A stretch of DNA of 62,873 nt, the filler included, from Atractiella rhizophila (taxonomy: Eukaryota): NCBI GenBank assembly GCA_021432655.1. It is 4 parts of 4 records of this genome, joined end to end, with 100 filler letters (N's around TTAATTAATTAA, not from the genome) between each part and the next. Parts side by side here need not be neighbours in the genome. Positions count along the whole stretch, not along the records: positions 25,430 to 50,732 come from MU271776.1; 3 more parts are not named here. One strand, 5' to 3'. Shown piece by piece: positions 25,715 through 40,664 of this stretch. Both the position numbers and the translations under genes were made by a program. The notes under the pieces were generated by a model. It was not told the origin of the DNA, made no database searches, and worked only from the letters and a program-made list of their open reading frames with translations. The stretch's first letter is position 1, and each line of letters begins with the position of its first letter.

Positions 25715-26519
25715 AACTTCCCGATAAATTTCGTTCGCCGTCCCTAACCCTAGTGGCAAGAAAGCTTGCATCGCGACGTCAACCCAGGAGAACGAAGGTG
25801 AACATAACACAGAAATTACGAGAGTAGAGACGGGCTGAAAAGGGTCATAAGAGCGGAGGTACATTATCTTTATTAGCTTTACAGGCAACTTCAATTGTGA
25901 GTATTTCGCGTTGGGAATGAGTTCTGGCTGGGCAGCTTATCGCGCTGTGTTCCTGAGAGTTCCCTGAAGTCACAAATGGATTTTGGGGACTTGTCTATGC
26001 TGATGCTGCTGAGAACTGCTAGGTGACGATGATACGAATGCACTCCGAGTGCTGGTAGAGGAGATTTATCACCTCAGTCTCGGCATGACTGCCTGAGCTG
26101 GAGTTACGACTGTATGGCTGTCAAACTCGAGATAGCTCATTGCGTCCTCTAATGTCTCTCTGGAGACTTTCAGCTGCTCAGTGCAGATGATTGACGCTTC
26201 ATGTCACTTTCGAAGAGGCTATCGTTGGAGTTGAGAATGACTTGCATGGTTTTCCGGCTTCCTTCTAGCGATTAGGGGAAACTAAGTGAAGTAACGCTGG
26301 GATAACGTACCTTTTGACCGGAGGTTGATAGAGGACTATTCGAAGTCGTAGAATTAGGCGAAGCAGCAAGCCTGAAACTTACAGTTGGGTTCTTACACTG
26401 TTGTGTAACCCCAAGAACCAAACAAGCTTGACCATTCTTACGTTCCTAAGAATATAATGCTGATTAGATTATTCGAGACAGGCAGGGTCCAGTGGACTCA
26501 CATTTCTTCCTCTATATCG

Positions 26520-28264
26520 ATGACTATCAACCTCCTCTCCGCCATCCCTTTCTCTCTCCTCTACATTCTCCTCTCCGCCTTACCAGCGCGATCGCAGGAT
26601 GTTACATCCATCGCTCTCAATCCACCACAGGTTTTCTCATTCAACACATCCGCCTCCCCATCCACCGCCTTTTTCTCTCTCCCACCATCTTCTTCCCAAA
26701 CGTTCATTTCCCTATCCCTCTGTTCCGCCTCCGCCCCTCCCGGTCGTCGAACGACTCTCTACCTCTCCAACTCGACCTCTGTCCAGTTCCCGACCTCCGA
26801 TTCCCACCTCCCACCCGCCCAAAGCATCCGAATAAATGATGGAGCAGCCTCTTTTCGCTTCGATAAATCCGATGACGGCATCTTCATCGGCGTTACGACT
26901 ACGGATGCAGGAGAATGGGAACTAGGTGTCTCAGGCGAAGACGCCGGCTTCTTCCACGATGTCCAGCCTCCGGTGTTCATATGGGAGGATAGCGATTCAA
27001 CCCATTCCCTCCTCCGTCGAGCGACGAATTTCACGTCTGACACTCCACCGCAGGACGACATGCTCCGACCTCTTGTCTTGAAGACTGGTGTCGTCCCTGA
27101 CTTCTTGAGCGGGAGCGTGTGTGCAGTCAGACGAGCGAATGTCGCTACTAGTGGAGGACAGGGAGAGGGCAATTGGACTATGTTCGTTGGTGCGGGGAAT
27201 CGGACGGTCTTGGGGGCGGGAAGGAGGGTAGAGTGGTTTGGGGATCAGTTGCAGGGTGGGACGAATTATACGTTTTGGGAGTTTGAACAAACTGGCACCG
27301 ATGGAAGTGCGATATTGAGCGGACCGAGCTATTTCGTCACTAAACAAAGTGAGTTTGTTCAGGGTTTTCAAACTCTTTGAGAGTTGAAGGATGGTTAACA
27401 GGTTCCAATTGCTTCCTCCCACCTCCAAATCATCCCCTTCTCGAGATCTGCCCATCTCTCACATATTCCATTCCCGCTCCCTCAAACCTCCCAACTGGAG
27501 TAACCCTCGAATCCTTCTTCGTTCCCATCCTCCAAAAGTCCCTCACCAACTTCAACCTAACCCTCTCCACCTTCCCCTGCAACAACCGTTCCATATCCGA
27601 AGGCACCTACTCCTTCATCTCCACCTGCTCCGACTGTTTCGCCGCATACCGCCTCTGGCTATGCTCCATCGTTCTTCCTCGCTGCACCGATCTCCCAGGG
27701 TCCTTCTCCCCGCCATTCAATTCCTCCGGATTCATACCGAACGACACACTCAGTGTTTTCCCACGAACCGACCCTCCCTCCTCTCGTACGCCTTTCTTCG
27801 CTCCCGACGCCCTCCCACAAGGAGCCACATCCCCATTTCCCTACGGGGAAATCCTTCCGTGTGACGCAAATTGTCAGCGAGTCGGAGCGACGTGTCCTCC
27901 GTTTATGGGATGGCAGTGTCCGCTGAAAGACGTGACGAGAGAAGCGGGGTACGCTCCATTTCAGAAGGTGTTCAGCTTGCAAGCAGACGGGACGAAGGGA
28001 GTGGAGGAAGGAGTGAGAGGACCAGAAGGACTGGGTGAGAGGGGGAGCGATAGGTGGGGAAACGTCTTGTGAGTTCCCTGTCTCTTTCTCTTTTGTTTTT
28101 TTGTGTCGGACATTCCCACTCATGTTCCAACTCGTGATAGCTGTAATGCGGTCGGATCAGACATTATCCTCGCGATGCAGATTGGCGCCGCGGCACGGAC
28201 ATTAGCGCCATCTTTTCTCATCCTCCTGCTGTCTCTGGCAGTGGGGGTCATCTACGATCTATAA
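26520..28264 (+). CDS. MID1: Mid1 stretch-activated Ca2+ channel subunit
   Basis: Signal peptide; EDSDSTHSLL; GGTNYTFW; Cys-rich YSFISTCSDCFAAYRLWLCSIVLPRC, YGEILPCDANCQRVGATCPPFMGWQCP; DRWGNV|CNA and hydrophobic C-terminus. Confidence 0.92.
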
Positions 28265-28609
28265 CTTGCGTCGTTCGAGATGTTGTATACCCGCCTTTCG
28301 AGTTTCCACCTTCGAGTTCCTCCTTTTGCTATCTCAGTTTAGATTTGGGTGCGCAATGACCAGAATTTTTTATCATCCTGTCATTATGATCGTTTGCTGT
28401 TTGCAGGATGTTGCATTATCACCTGGAATCTGATTCTACAATACCCCATGTTTATCATATCATAGCTAGAGATACATTTCAGTTCTAAGAAGTTTATTAC
28501 GCAAGCCAGAGAGACACGAGACCATGAGAATGCTTTTTAATACAACAACAGACAATAAAATAACTAGCATTTAAGTTTTGAGATTCAAATCAAAGACAAA
28601 TCACCCTCT

Positions 28610-29720
28610 CTACAACTTGAACAACCTCCTCTTTCCAGATCCACCTGATTGGTTGCTCGCAGAGGACGCCACCGTCGTGTCTGTTGGGGTTGGTGGGGGA
28701 GAGAACGAGGTCGTAGGCGGGTTCACACTCGAAAGGTTAGAGTAGGAGGTAGGAGGAGGCGCCACCGATGAAAGACTGACAAAAGACGTCGTCGTAGGCG
28801 TCACGGTAGAGAGCGAGGTCGTCGTAGAGTTGTGTGCAGCAGAGCTAGTGGAAGAACTCGTGGAGTGGCTAGAAGTGAACGTGGACGTGGAAGAAGCTCT
28901 CGTCGTTCCATTTGTACTACCTCCGTGACTTGCTGAGGTCGACGTGGAGGAAGTGGACCATCTGCTCAACGTCGAAGTAGAGAAGGCTGTCGCACCCTCG
29001 ACCCCAGACCCTGAAGGCTGCAGGGAAGCCGTGTTGATCGTCGTGTTTCCAGAAGCTTCAGCACGGCTGAGGAACTCCTGCATTAGGCGTTAACAGCGGG
29101 TTCGAATGGAACAAAGATGTGCACACTTCAAAGGTGTTGCCCTTTTTGGGGGCATTCACTAATTAGAGAAGGTGAGTAGGTCGGTTATGGAGCGAACGAG
29201 TGGAATTATTTACCCGCGAAGACCATCTGCAGACAACTGATTAGAAAGAACTGGTAAATACGCGGGAAATGCTTACTCCTTTAGAGCAGTGGTTTCCAAT
29301 GGGTTGCTGCAGAATAAGTTAAGGAAGGTTAGTCGTGGATAATTTGCGCACCTTGCAGAAAAACCAAAGCGGCGTGTCGGTCTCTACCGTTACGTTCCAG
29401 GTAGGGATTTGAGTCGCATTGATAGCTACAGGGACAAATCCGGAATCGAGACCAGTTTGGTTGAGCGCGACGCAAGGTTCATCGAAAGTGCTTTGAACGA
29501 CCGAATGATTCTTGAAGCTAAATTCAAAGATGATACTGTCATTTATTTTCGCTTCGATTTGTTGAGGGCTAAACAAGAGGCCGGCAGTACCTCCCACAAC
29601 GACAGTGTGCTATTATGTCTCAATGAGAGTTGTCAGGTGTTGTGAAATAAAACATGTTCTTACCGTCCATGAGAAGGCGAGAAGAGGGAAAGCGAGAAGA
29701 GCAACCGATTTGAACAGCAT
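28610..29720 (-). CDS. Secreted cupredoxin-domain Ser/Thr-rich protein
   Basis: Signal peptide MLFKSVALLAFPLLAFS; VGGTAGLLFSP, KNHSVVQSTFDEPC, PLWFFCK|QPIGNHCSKG|MVFA (H-C-H-M type-1 copper pattern); long S/T tail. Confidence 0.85.
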
Positions 29721-30819
29721 TTTGAACAAGAGACGGCCTCGTCGTTTTCAGAAGTGGGCAGAAACATCTCGTCGGTTTATATTGCGTTGCAACAATGAAC
29801 CTGTCTCCTAAACTCCTGTGACGTCCGTTATCGATACTTGCCGGAAAAGGAAGACAGCGTTGCTTTTCTGGGAGACACGTCGTCACCAATTTACCACAAG
29901 TAACATAATAATTTGGGAATTTTCATTTCGCTGTGCCAACATCGAAGAGAAATCAGGTGACAGTGCTTCGAAAGGCGCACAGCTCCTCCGTTTTAGCACA
30001 TTACTTTCAAGACCGTTCCGGGGTTTTGGAGCCTATAAGCAGGAAGCTTGACTTTCAACGACAAAAGGTCATTGACATTGCAAATGATACCATAAAGTGC
30101 AAAAAACGACTTGCATCCTTTCTGAAAGCTACATAGTTTATGAAATCAAGGTTTCCTTTGTTGCAGAATTTCGCCGTTCAACCTCAAGCAACGGAGGTAG
30201 TTCTGAAATACCAGTGACAAAACGTATAAGGGTTTAATATGCAATGCTGTGACACTGCAAAGGATTTAGAATACTTTTCACCAACATTTGCAGGTTTCAC
30301 AATCATTCTCTCGCCCGTAGGTCACCAACCAGCCTATAATGTACGCTAAATTGTGGAGAGAATATAAATCTACCCTTCTTACTCCTGTAGAAAGTGATAG
30401 GCACATACAAAATAACTTAAGAAGGGAAACTTTGCTCTGATCTCCTAGAGACAACTGACTATGCCACAAGGGGGCGAGCGAAGAGAGATGTGCTTGCTAA
30501 TTATTCTGGATGGCATGAAGAAAAGCCCCACATTCCCTGCCATATTCCTATCCCATTCCTATCCTTCTTTCGCGCAAATGGCATGAATCGCTGAAGTAAG
30601 AATTCCTTGGAGCCAGGTCTGATGGCATGAGTGGTGAAAGAGCGTTGCTGATGTACGTGACGGGTACGCGCCACGTGCTCTATAGATTTCGCGAATTAGT
30701 CGACTCAGCAAAATCCAGCAATATTATCGACCTCGCGGTTTCTCCTCTTTACAAAAGCCTGAGCACGTTGAACTCAGGGTCGCCCATCTACCTTAGAATT
30801 ACTTAGAGTCAAGAAAAAA

Positions 30820-32437
<1,618 letters not shown>

Positions 32438-32564
32438 CACCCTCCATTATCACCGTTCAAAAGTATCACTTCTGTCTTGCCACTATACCATCATGTTGTG
32501 CTGTTCTGTTGCAAGGAGGTTTATGTTTTTTCAAACCGCGCTCTTTAGAGCAGAGCACTATAAG

Positions 32565-35500
32565 TTACAGCACAACAATGCCTTTTGCAACGCTGCCTAT
32601 GGCCACTACTCTGGAACCAAAGTCCAAAACATCGCCCTATGCCCACTGTTAGCTTGCGGGATGTGATGCTAGAGGAAAGAAAGCACCGAAATGGCAATGA
32701 ATTCGCTCCTCTCCCCAACGCTGAATGTAGGCAGCTCCAATCCCAACAACCTTTCAATTCCGCCTGCTACCCAGCCAATGGCCTCTTCAGTCGTGACCCG
32801 TCCTCCCGACAATCGGTGCTGCCATACACTCTCCCAAAGCAATTGGATAGGCTGATCTTCGTCCGTGACGCCAAGTGCAATGCTGACATTATGATCAGCG
32901 AGATACACAGGTAAGGACGTTGGAGAAAGTGGTGGTCCGTCAAGAGAGCGCATTCCGTCCCATTCGAGAGGATACGGTCGCGCTTGGGTGATGATAACAC
33001 CAATATCCTCTGCTGCTAAATATTCCTACGCAGCGATTTCAGGACGTAGCAGCAAATCATACGCAGAAGACGCACAGCGACTAGATGGCCTTCCTTCGCG
33101 CCTGCAAAAATCCAACGCATCTTCTTCTGAGTGAATTCTTCCACCTCTCGCTTTAGGCGAATTAAGGCAGCCATATGATCCGCCTTTTCGACATCAATGA
33201 CGACAGGAATCTTCCCTGCGGCAGCTTGCCGGAAGTGCTGGACGTGGTCGTCTGAAGTAGACTCGACTTTCCATTTACCTCCAATAAGCAATTCTCGGAA
33301 GGCACCGATCTGAGTGGAGATGCTAGGAGCAGAATGATGTCCCACAGAGACGTGTAAAGCTGCAACTCGTTTTATAACAGCTTCCGGTTCAAGAACTGAA
33401 ATAACCTAGTTAGTGATGCTATCTAACAAAATGGTGCAGCTCACCATGAGCAGCAGTTGTTCTGTATAACACACTCAAACCACGAAAGAAACCACGTCCT
33501 TGTGGAGCGACTAAAGCTCGTGTTACACCAGCCTGTTCGCATGTCATTATTGATAACTCGAGGGAAACAAATGCTTGCGTTATATGCGTATGCCAGTTGC
33601 TTAGTACCAAAGCTTAGTCCATCGACTGCCTGGACTGGAATCCGAGCCCCGAAAAGTTCTTTGAGATCAGACACCTTCCTCGACGCCGACAACCTATGGA
33701 CGATTAGATATAGGCGTGAAGTGCGGTGGGACATACTCGTCATAAACAGTTCCATCCATCGTTGACTACACGGTTCATTGAACATAAGATTTGACAATGA
33801 GAGCTCAACTCACCTCCTCTGAACCAATCTCCACCAATCCAAGTGGTGGCCCATAGACTGTCAGAGGCGGAAGCAACACTCCACCTTGGAGGTCCATGCT
33901 CTTCTTACCCCAGTCCCTAATCTGAAGGTAAGGATCCGTCGTGATACTGCTGATGCTTCCATTCACGATTGTGACGGTGAAGCGATCATCAGATTTGGCA
34001 GCCACGCTATCTCTAGCCAAAGGACGAAGTTGTGCGTTTGAGTCGTGTTTGTAAATATTACTGATATTGAACAGCACGACATCGTCAACCGTTATCAATT
34101 CAGGGATGTCTTCGGCTCCATAGAGGGAGGTCTCAGGGAATTGACCCGCAGTAGGAGCAGATGGAGGCGTAACAGTCTCTGTTGTGGGATAGTAAGCGTC
34201 GATTTGGGCGATTCCGTCAATCCACACTTGAACCGGAGTTGCTCCTAGAGAAAGAGGATGTCTGGAGATATGATCCTCAATATCTTTAGAAAACAAATGA
34301 CACAATACTTGCCTGTCCCAAACTACTACGTCTGAAAAATCGTTTGAGTTTTCTGAGGAAAGCAGTGTAGTAGCAACACACCAGCATCAAACCCTTTGGC
34401 CAGCCTCCCAAGGCGATGCCCCATCCCTGCGGTGTCAGCAGGGGTTCGAGTAACACTGGCGAGCGCAAGGTTCTCTTCGAACCCAAAGTGATGTGCCTTC
34501 GCCACGAATCAGCAGCTTGAACGCTGGGAAAACAGCAAAATGCAGACCTGAGCAGCTTCAAAGAGCAGATGCCTTGAGTCTAAAACGGGATGGTCCGATT
34601 TCATGACCACCTACAGGTCATGCTTAAAGACCAAATGGGACCTCAACAACTACACTCACAGGAACCCCATTTTCGGCCAAGATCTTTGGAGCAAACTCCG
34701 AATTTCTGTACGCTTCCCTTTTCCTCCTTGCGTGAGTCGCAAAGAGAGCGATAGCAGGCGTTCCGCCGTAAGTCTGCTTTAGGCGATCAGGTACCAAGTG
34801 TGCTTGCCCGGCATGGTGGAAGGCCGAAATGGGAAAACCAAACTCGTTCGAGTGCCTTTGATCGTTGCGGGGAGTCAGTGACTTCCTCCTCTGCAACAGT
34901 CAGGATTGAAAGCAAATGCTCACCGTATCATTTGGTCAAAGTCCACTGTCTCATAACAATGATTCTGGACCTTCACCTTCCCTCGAAGGATATCCACAAT
35001 GGCCTCCCACTGCAACTCCTCCGGGAAGTTCTCTTCACCTTTCAGCAGCCCCGCTTCGGCGCGAGAGCAAAACTCATCCTGCGCATTCTTGATTTCAAGC
35101 CCCTTTGAAAAGGTTCTCCGAAAATTCCAGCTCTCGTCCATCCTGGTGATACCATATACATTCATAATGTTCTCGCCGCAGGCAAACTTCATATCTACAA
35201 GGACAAGCTGAGTCAGAGAATCGAGTAGACCAAAGGGAGAGTGAAGAAGGAAACGCACAACGCCACGGCTCGAAATCCGTTGTTGACGAGTTTGGAATGG
35301 TCCATGGTTGCTCCACCAGCATTGACGTGGGGGTCTTCTCGGCTGTGGGCCTCAACTTGAACGGAAACGCTTGTCCACCAATATTATTCGCAGACCTAAC
35401 CTGAGCATCAATTTGCGATCTATGGTTGATCGACAAAATGAGGGATTACACACCCAGGAAGAACAATGACGGTCGTGACACCGCCAGCAACCGTTCGTCT

Positions 35501-36223
35501 AAAGCCCATGTCGTGCGTGTTGAAACCATCAAGGCTGCGAAGGTACGGCAAGATTGGGTTCTGTTATGTGGGAAGTGAGCTTAGCTTTGCGCGAATAAGA
35601 TAAAGGCAAGAGAAGCACACCTGTATACTGTTTCCATCTGATGCTCCTTGTAAGGATGGCATAGCGTAGACTCCCAAGTGAGAATGAAGGTCTGTTGCAC
35701 AGATCACAAAATGAGAGAACCGAAGTTTGAATAACATACCAAATAGACCAGGTGTGACAAAACGTCCTCTTGCATCGAATACCAGCTCGTCGTCGACCAG
35801 AACATTCGACCGAATAGTCGAGGCGTCATAAACGCCAGTTACAATCCCTTGACTCATCGTTATCGTTCCATTGTCAATCTACACTCGCTTCAGTGATACC
35901 ATGTATCCTGGAGTAAAAGAATTTGCCTTTATCCATTTCCCATCATCATCCTTCGTCCCAGTCCAAATAACGGCATTTTGGATCACCCAATCCTTCGTTC
36001 CAGGGACAAATCTGTTACTAATCTTCCTCTTTTCCGTCCATCCTGCAGGAGCACCAGGTCGAGATTTAGTGGCCGCACATTTCGCTAGGATCACTTGGGA
36101 AACGGCTGGGTTTGAAGAAATGGTGGAAGGATTGAAGCTCCAAAGCGTGGCGAGGGAGAGAAGAGCTGCGACCGATAATGTTTTAAATCGTCGCGTAGCT
36201 TGTGGTCTTTCATGACCTGCCAT
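32565..36223 (-). CDS. Amidohydrolase-superfamily protein with two metallo-hydrolase domains, paralog 2
   Basis: IQNAVIWTG, DARGRFVTPG, DLHSHLGV, MKFACGEN, VQNHCYE, AFHHAGQAH, VMKSDHP, HPLSLGATPVQVWIDG, KADHMAALIRLK; ends GDVLDFGSRVVAIGSVAKGIVVL*. Confidence 0.88.
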
Positions 36224-36622
36224 AGCAGTAGCATACACTTTTCTTTGAACGGACAGGTGCAAAACTTTCCCCAAAGACTCCCAGCCTCGCTGCTTGCTTG
36301 TTTTCGAAATTTATTTGAAATATGGTACTAATGAGCCGAACTGGAAACCTAATCTGTACCTATTCGTTGGGCTTCTTCTTTATTTTTCAACCAGCTCGAA
36401 CAATCATTCTCTGCGAATCTTTCAGCTACTACGCATCGAATCCAGCAACGACGGATATTCGCGTACTTATCATTTCTGACATCCACGTTCAATTCACCAG
36501 CTCAGCCAAGCCTTTTGTGACGAGAGTTCTAGTCCCTGTCGGCGACTCCAATGCCACGTCGTTCTTCCACTATCTCTATCTTATTGCACTCTCAGAATAG
36601 GGCCCGGCAAACACGGTGCAAC

Positions 36623-37475
36623 ATGGCAGCTATAAGTACAGTTGCGCAGAATATCGTTCAGGCAAACAAGAAGTATGCAGAGAACGAGTTCAGGAATAAA
36701 GCATTGGGGAAGTTGGATAGTGCCAAACCATCGAAGCAGCTTATTGTGGTCACATGTAGGCTCTTCGATTGTTTGTATGTTTAGATCTGAAGCCTACCTG
36801 ACATGGTCGTTATGAAGGCATGGATAGCCGAATTGATCCTCTCACCAGTGAGTCTTCATCGCGCACCAACAGCTTACATTTGATAGGCACACAAACAGGT
36901 CTCGGATTAGTTGAAGGAGAAGCTCACATTATACGAAACGCTGGAGGACTCGCTAAAGATGCTATACGGTCCATACTGATTTCTCAACAACTTTTAGGTT
37001 GGACAGGCGTCACCTCACTGTCAATAAGATGACTCACGTTTTTCTCCAGGGACCCGGAAAATTGCCATTTTTCGACATTCTGGTTCGTATCTTTCTGTAT
37101 ATCTAGTGTTTGCCCTGCTGAGACGGTTCAAAAGGTTGTGGGATGGTTCACCAGCTCCATCTTCCATTGGTTCAGTTCTGACCTCTGAGGCCTAGGTCAC
37201 GTTTGAAGAGCCCCAAACGAAACGCGAAATTGCTCAAAAGCTCGGACCAGAGTCTGAAAAGCCTCTGGATAAGTTGGACATGATGCCATTCAAAGATATG
37301 GACGAGAGTTTGAGGGAAGACAAAGAGTTTCTCAAAACGCATCCGCTCATCGATCCAGAGACGGAAGTCGTCGGGTTTGTTTATCATGTACGTTGTTCAT
37401 TATTTGGGCTTGAAACCAGTAGCAGGCTGAAAGTATCTCAAGGTTGAGAACGGACTATTGAAGCAGGTTGTTTGA
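36623..37475 (+). CDS. Beta-class carbonic anhydrase (clade D-like)
   Basis: [41 protein letters not shown]: the Zn ligands C, H and C are present. Confidence 0.9.
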
Positions 37476-37836
37476 CGAAATAGGAGAAAATGAGAAGTGA
37501 AGACATTTATTAAGTGCTCATGACTCTTTTCAAGGTTCAATATAATTTTAATTGTCGGATACGACGGCATTGGGTGCAAGTTTTTGAGTTTTGAGAGTTG
37601 TGAAGACATAAGAAAGAATGTCAATGTTGATAAGGTTTGATTCCGCTATCCTATTTTTGGAACATATCGTTCCTGTAGCTATCTGTTGCGGATTGCTTGA
37701 ATAATTAACACGATTGATAGTCAAGCAAAGCAGTCCAAGAATTCCGAATATTCAGGGGTGAATTACCTCCCTTGTAGCAAACGGATCCTTAGTACTGACA
37801 AACATCTGGAGTAGGACAGAAGACCCAGCAAATAGG

Positions 37837-39214
37837 ATGGACAATGTCACAGAGCCCCTCACTCTTCCGCTTGCAGAAGGATTACGATCTATTGAGGATA
37901 CAAATCCTAGCGATTGGGACTACATTGCAGAAGGCGGAGCAAATATAGTTGTAGCATACGTTGGCTCTCTTCCTCAATATCGACATAAAGCCCTCCGTCT
38001 CCCGAAATTCACGTCCACCGCTCATTCCACAGACACCAATTATCAATTTACGCAACTCGTTATCTCTCCTTTGCTTGGCCCGGAGTTTCTTCCAACCATG
38101 GACAAGGTCACTATATCATCCACATTCGTGCAGGAAATTTATGATCATATCGAGGCTGTGCGGCCTGGATTTAGGAAAGAAGGGAAGGAGGAGGAGGTGG
38201 TGGACCCATTGGAGGTATTTTTGGTTGAAAATTTGGTTGGGAATGCTTGGGATGAGGATGCCTTGGCTGTCGAGATCAAGGTATGACTTCTCCTTCAACC
38301 TTTGGAAAGCGGAACTGAGTGCTGACATAGCCTAAATGGGGGTTCTTACCCGCTCTAACTCATCTCTCAGAAGATTCTAAAGATGTGAAGGGGAAGTACT
38401 GCCGTTTCTGCATGCACCTTGTCCACAAATCGAAGAAGAAAGAAGGAGAGGAAGATGATACTAGTGAGCGCCTCTTCTGCCCTCTCGATCTCTACTCGAA
38501 GGAGGAAGAGCGAGTGAAGAAGGCTGCTCAGGGGCTTTGGGACGACTGGATCACATCGGACGGAAAGCACAATAATTTACGCCTTTTCTTAAACGGAAGG
38601 AGACTTGAACCCAACACCGTGAGGTCGATCTCTTCATCAAGCCTTATTCTAACCAAAAGTAGGTTTTCACGGACGAAAATGCCATCTCCTTCTTCGAGCT
38701 CTCCGAGCCGACAAACGACAACATCCGCGACGCTTTTTGTTTGCACCTGTCGAAAGCTTTGATGGACTCACATGTCCTGCGGCGCCTCAAGTTCTTGCAG
38801 CGAACCCTCGACTCGATCGACATCGAGGGGCTCTCCTCCTTCTACCTCTCCCGTACGAACACTCCTCTCTCCGCCAGCTCGATTCCTAGTCCTACGCTCG
38901 AGGAGTGGAAAACGTTTGTGCACAATTTCACAGATCCTCAATGGGTCGAGCGCGTGGAAGATGGACAAGTCACTTTGAGAGAATTGACACTTGCATATAT
39001 TCTCAGTGCTACGTTCAAGGACTGTTCCCTTTTCGTGAGGCTAGAAAAGCCCAAGGGAGGGTTGATTAAGGACATCGTCCCGGAAGTAAGGGTTATTGAC
39101 TTGGATCAGAAGGATATTGGAAGGATCAAAAAGTACGAGAAATTGGACAGGGACATTGTCGAGGATTTCAAGGCGTGGTTGGCTGCTGGCGGAAAGAAGA
39201 AAGAATGCCAGTAG
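37837..39214 (+). CDS. IPK1: Inositol-pentakisphosphate 2-kinase
   Basis: YIAEGGANIV, VEIK|PKWGF, CRFCMH, FCPLDLYS, NNLRLF, LSATFKDCSLF, VIDLDQK. Confidence 0.92.
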
Positions 39215-39344
39215 ATATCCGTTGCACTTTCGATGCATAAGCAATCATAATGTTGTGGTATTGTTGCAAGTGTAAACTGGTAAAGAAAAAAAGGCATTTG
39301 TAATTGAAGTGTTATAACACTTGTTGGGATTGTACAACATAACT

Positions 39345-39431
39345 GGGCAAATAGTTTAGTGGTATAACGTTCGCTTTGCATTTGAGTTGCAAGCTTGCGA
39401 AAGGCCGGGGGTTCGATCCCCCCTTTGTCCA
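39345..39431 (+). tRNA. tRNA-Ala(UGC) with a 15-nt intron (39381-39395)
   Basis: Acceptor GGGCAAA/TTTGTCC with the G3:U70 Ala determinant; D arm; anticodon stem TTCGC/GCGAA with TGC; intron after position 37; T arm GGGGG-TTCGATC-CCCCC; TTTT terminator follows. Confidence 0.95.
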
Positions 39432-39510
39432 TTTTGCTTGATTCCATCTCTGTTTTTTTCGCATGAGCAGAACATCTGTCAGCTTGTGAGGAAGTTATCA
39501 TCAAATCAAT

Positions 39511-40600
39511 ATGGATGTTCTGCTTTCTTCCCTGATGGATGATCTAGAATGTTCTCTCATGTCCTGCTCCGCCCAAAAGCGTTACCTCCTCGCAATCTCA
39601 GGAACCCCAGGCGGTATGTCTTTGGATTTTGTTGTGTTGCAGCAATTTCTGATCACTCTTTCTACAGCTGGCAAGACAGTGTTGACGTCTTTTCTCGCTG
39701 AGAACCTGAACGCGAAATGGAGGTCTGCGGGGAATGAAGGAGAGCTCTGCGTCGTTGTTGGAGTTGACGGATGGTGCGTCCTGATCACAGTTTTTCATCG
39801 CGCAGGACGTCTAAAGGGACCTAAAGACAGGCACCACACGTTCGTTATCCTTCTCTAGATCTGCTGATATTTTCGAGCCTTTGTAACCATGATCTGTGGG
39901 CAGACGAGCAGAACTGGATGTCTTTCCTGATCCTTCTGAAGCCCACCGTCGCCGTGGAGCCCTCTTCACATTCAACGGTCCCTCATACCTGCGATTTGTG
40001 ACATCCCTGCGATCCGATACGACCAGCAGTGCGCCTAGCTTCTCTCATTCTCTCAAGGACCCTGTCGAAGATGCCATCGCCATCAAGCCTCTTCCCGAGC
40101 ACAAACTCGTAATCCTTGAAGGTGCACCAATATCAACTCACTCTGTTGCATACTGACGCCGTTGCATAGGGCTGTGGACTACGATGGGTGGAGAGGGAGA
40201 GGGGATCAAAGAATGGGCAGAAGCAGCAAGCCTGTGTGACGAAAGATGGGTTGTACTTCCCACTCCGATCTCAAAAGGGGGAGAAGGAGAGGAAGGCATC
40301 AGAGAGCGGTTAATCGCGAGACATGTTAGGCGCGCGTTTAGTATCTCCTCCTTGACGTGATCTGAGATAGAAAGGTAGAACTGGAGTCGCACCCTCCTTG
40401 GAGGAGGCAACGATCAGAGGTTTTTTTTCTGTTTTATTCATAAGCAGTGTCATCTGATGCTTGGGACAGCTGATACGAGTGACATTCCGAATGGAAGATA
40501 CTTGTTAGATCACCTCCTGGAACCCGTGAAAAGAATTTACACCATGCACGATCCTTCATTCATCATTCGGGGTGAGGAAATCGAGATTGGTGCTCAGTAG
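39511..40600 (+). CDS. YFH7: YFH7-like P-loop kinase (phosphoribulokinase/uridine kinase family)
   Basis: LLAISGTPG|AGKT, VDG|WHHT|RAELDVFPDPSEAHRRRGALFTF, PSFSHSLKDPVED, LVILEG, RLIARH, DIPNGRYLL. Confidence 0.85.
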
Positions 40601-40664
40601 TCCAAGAACAGACAATGTAGAATGCAATGCACCTGTATCACCAACCTATCAATCTCACCTCAAC

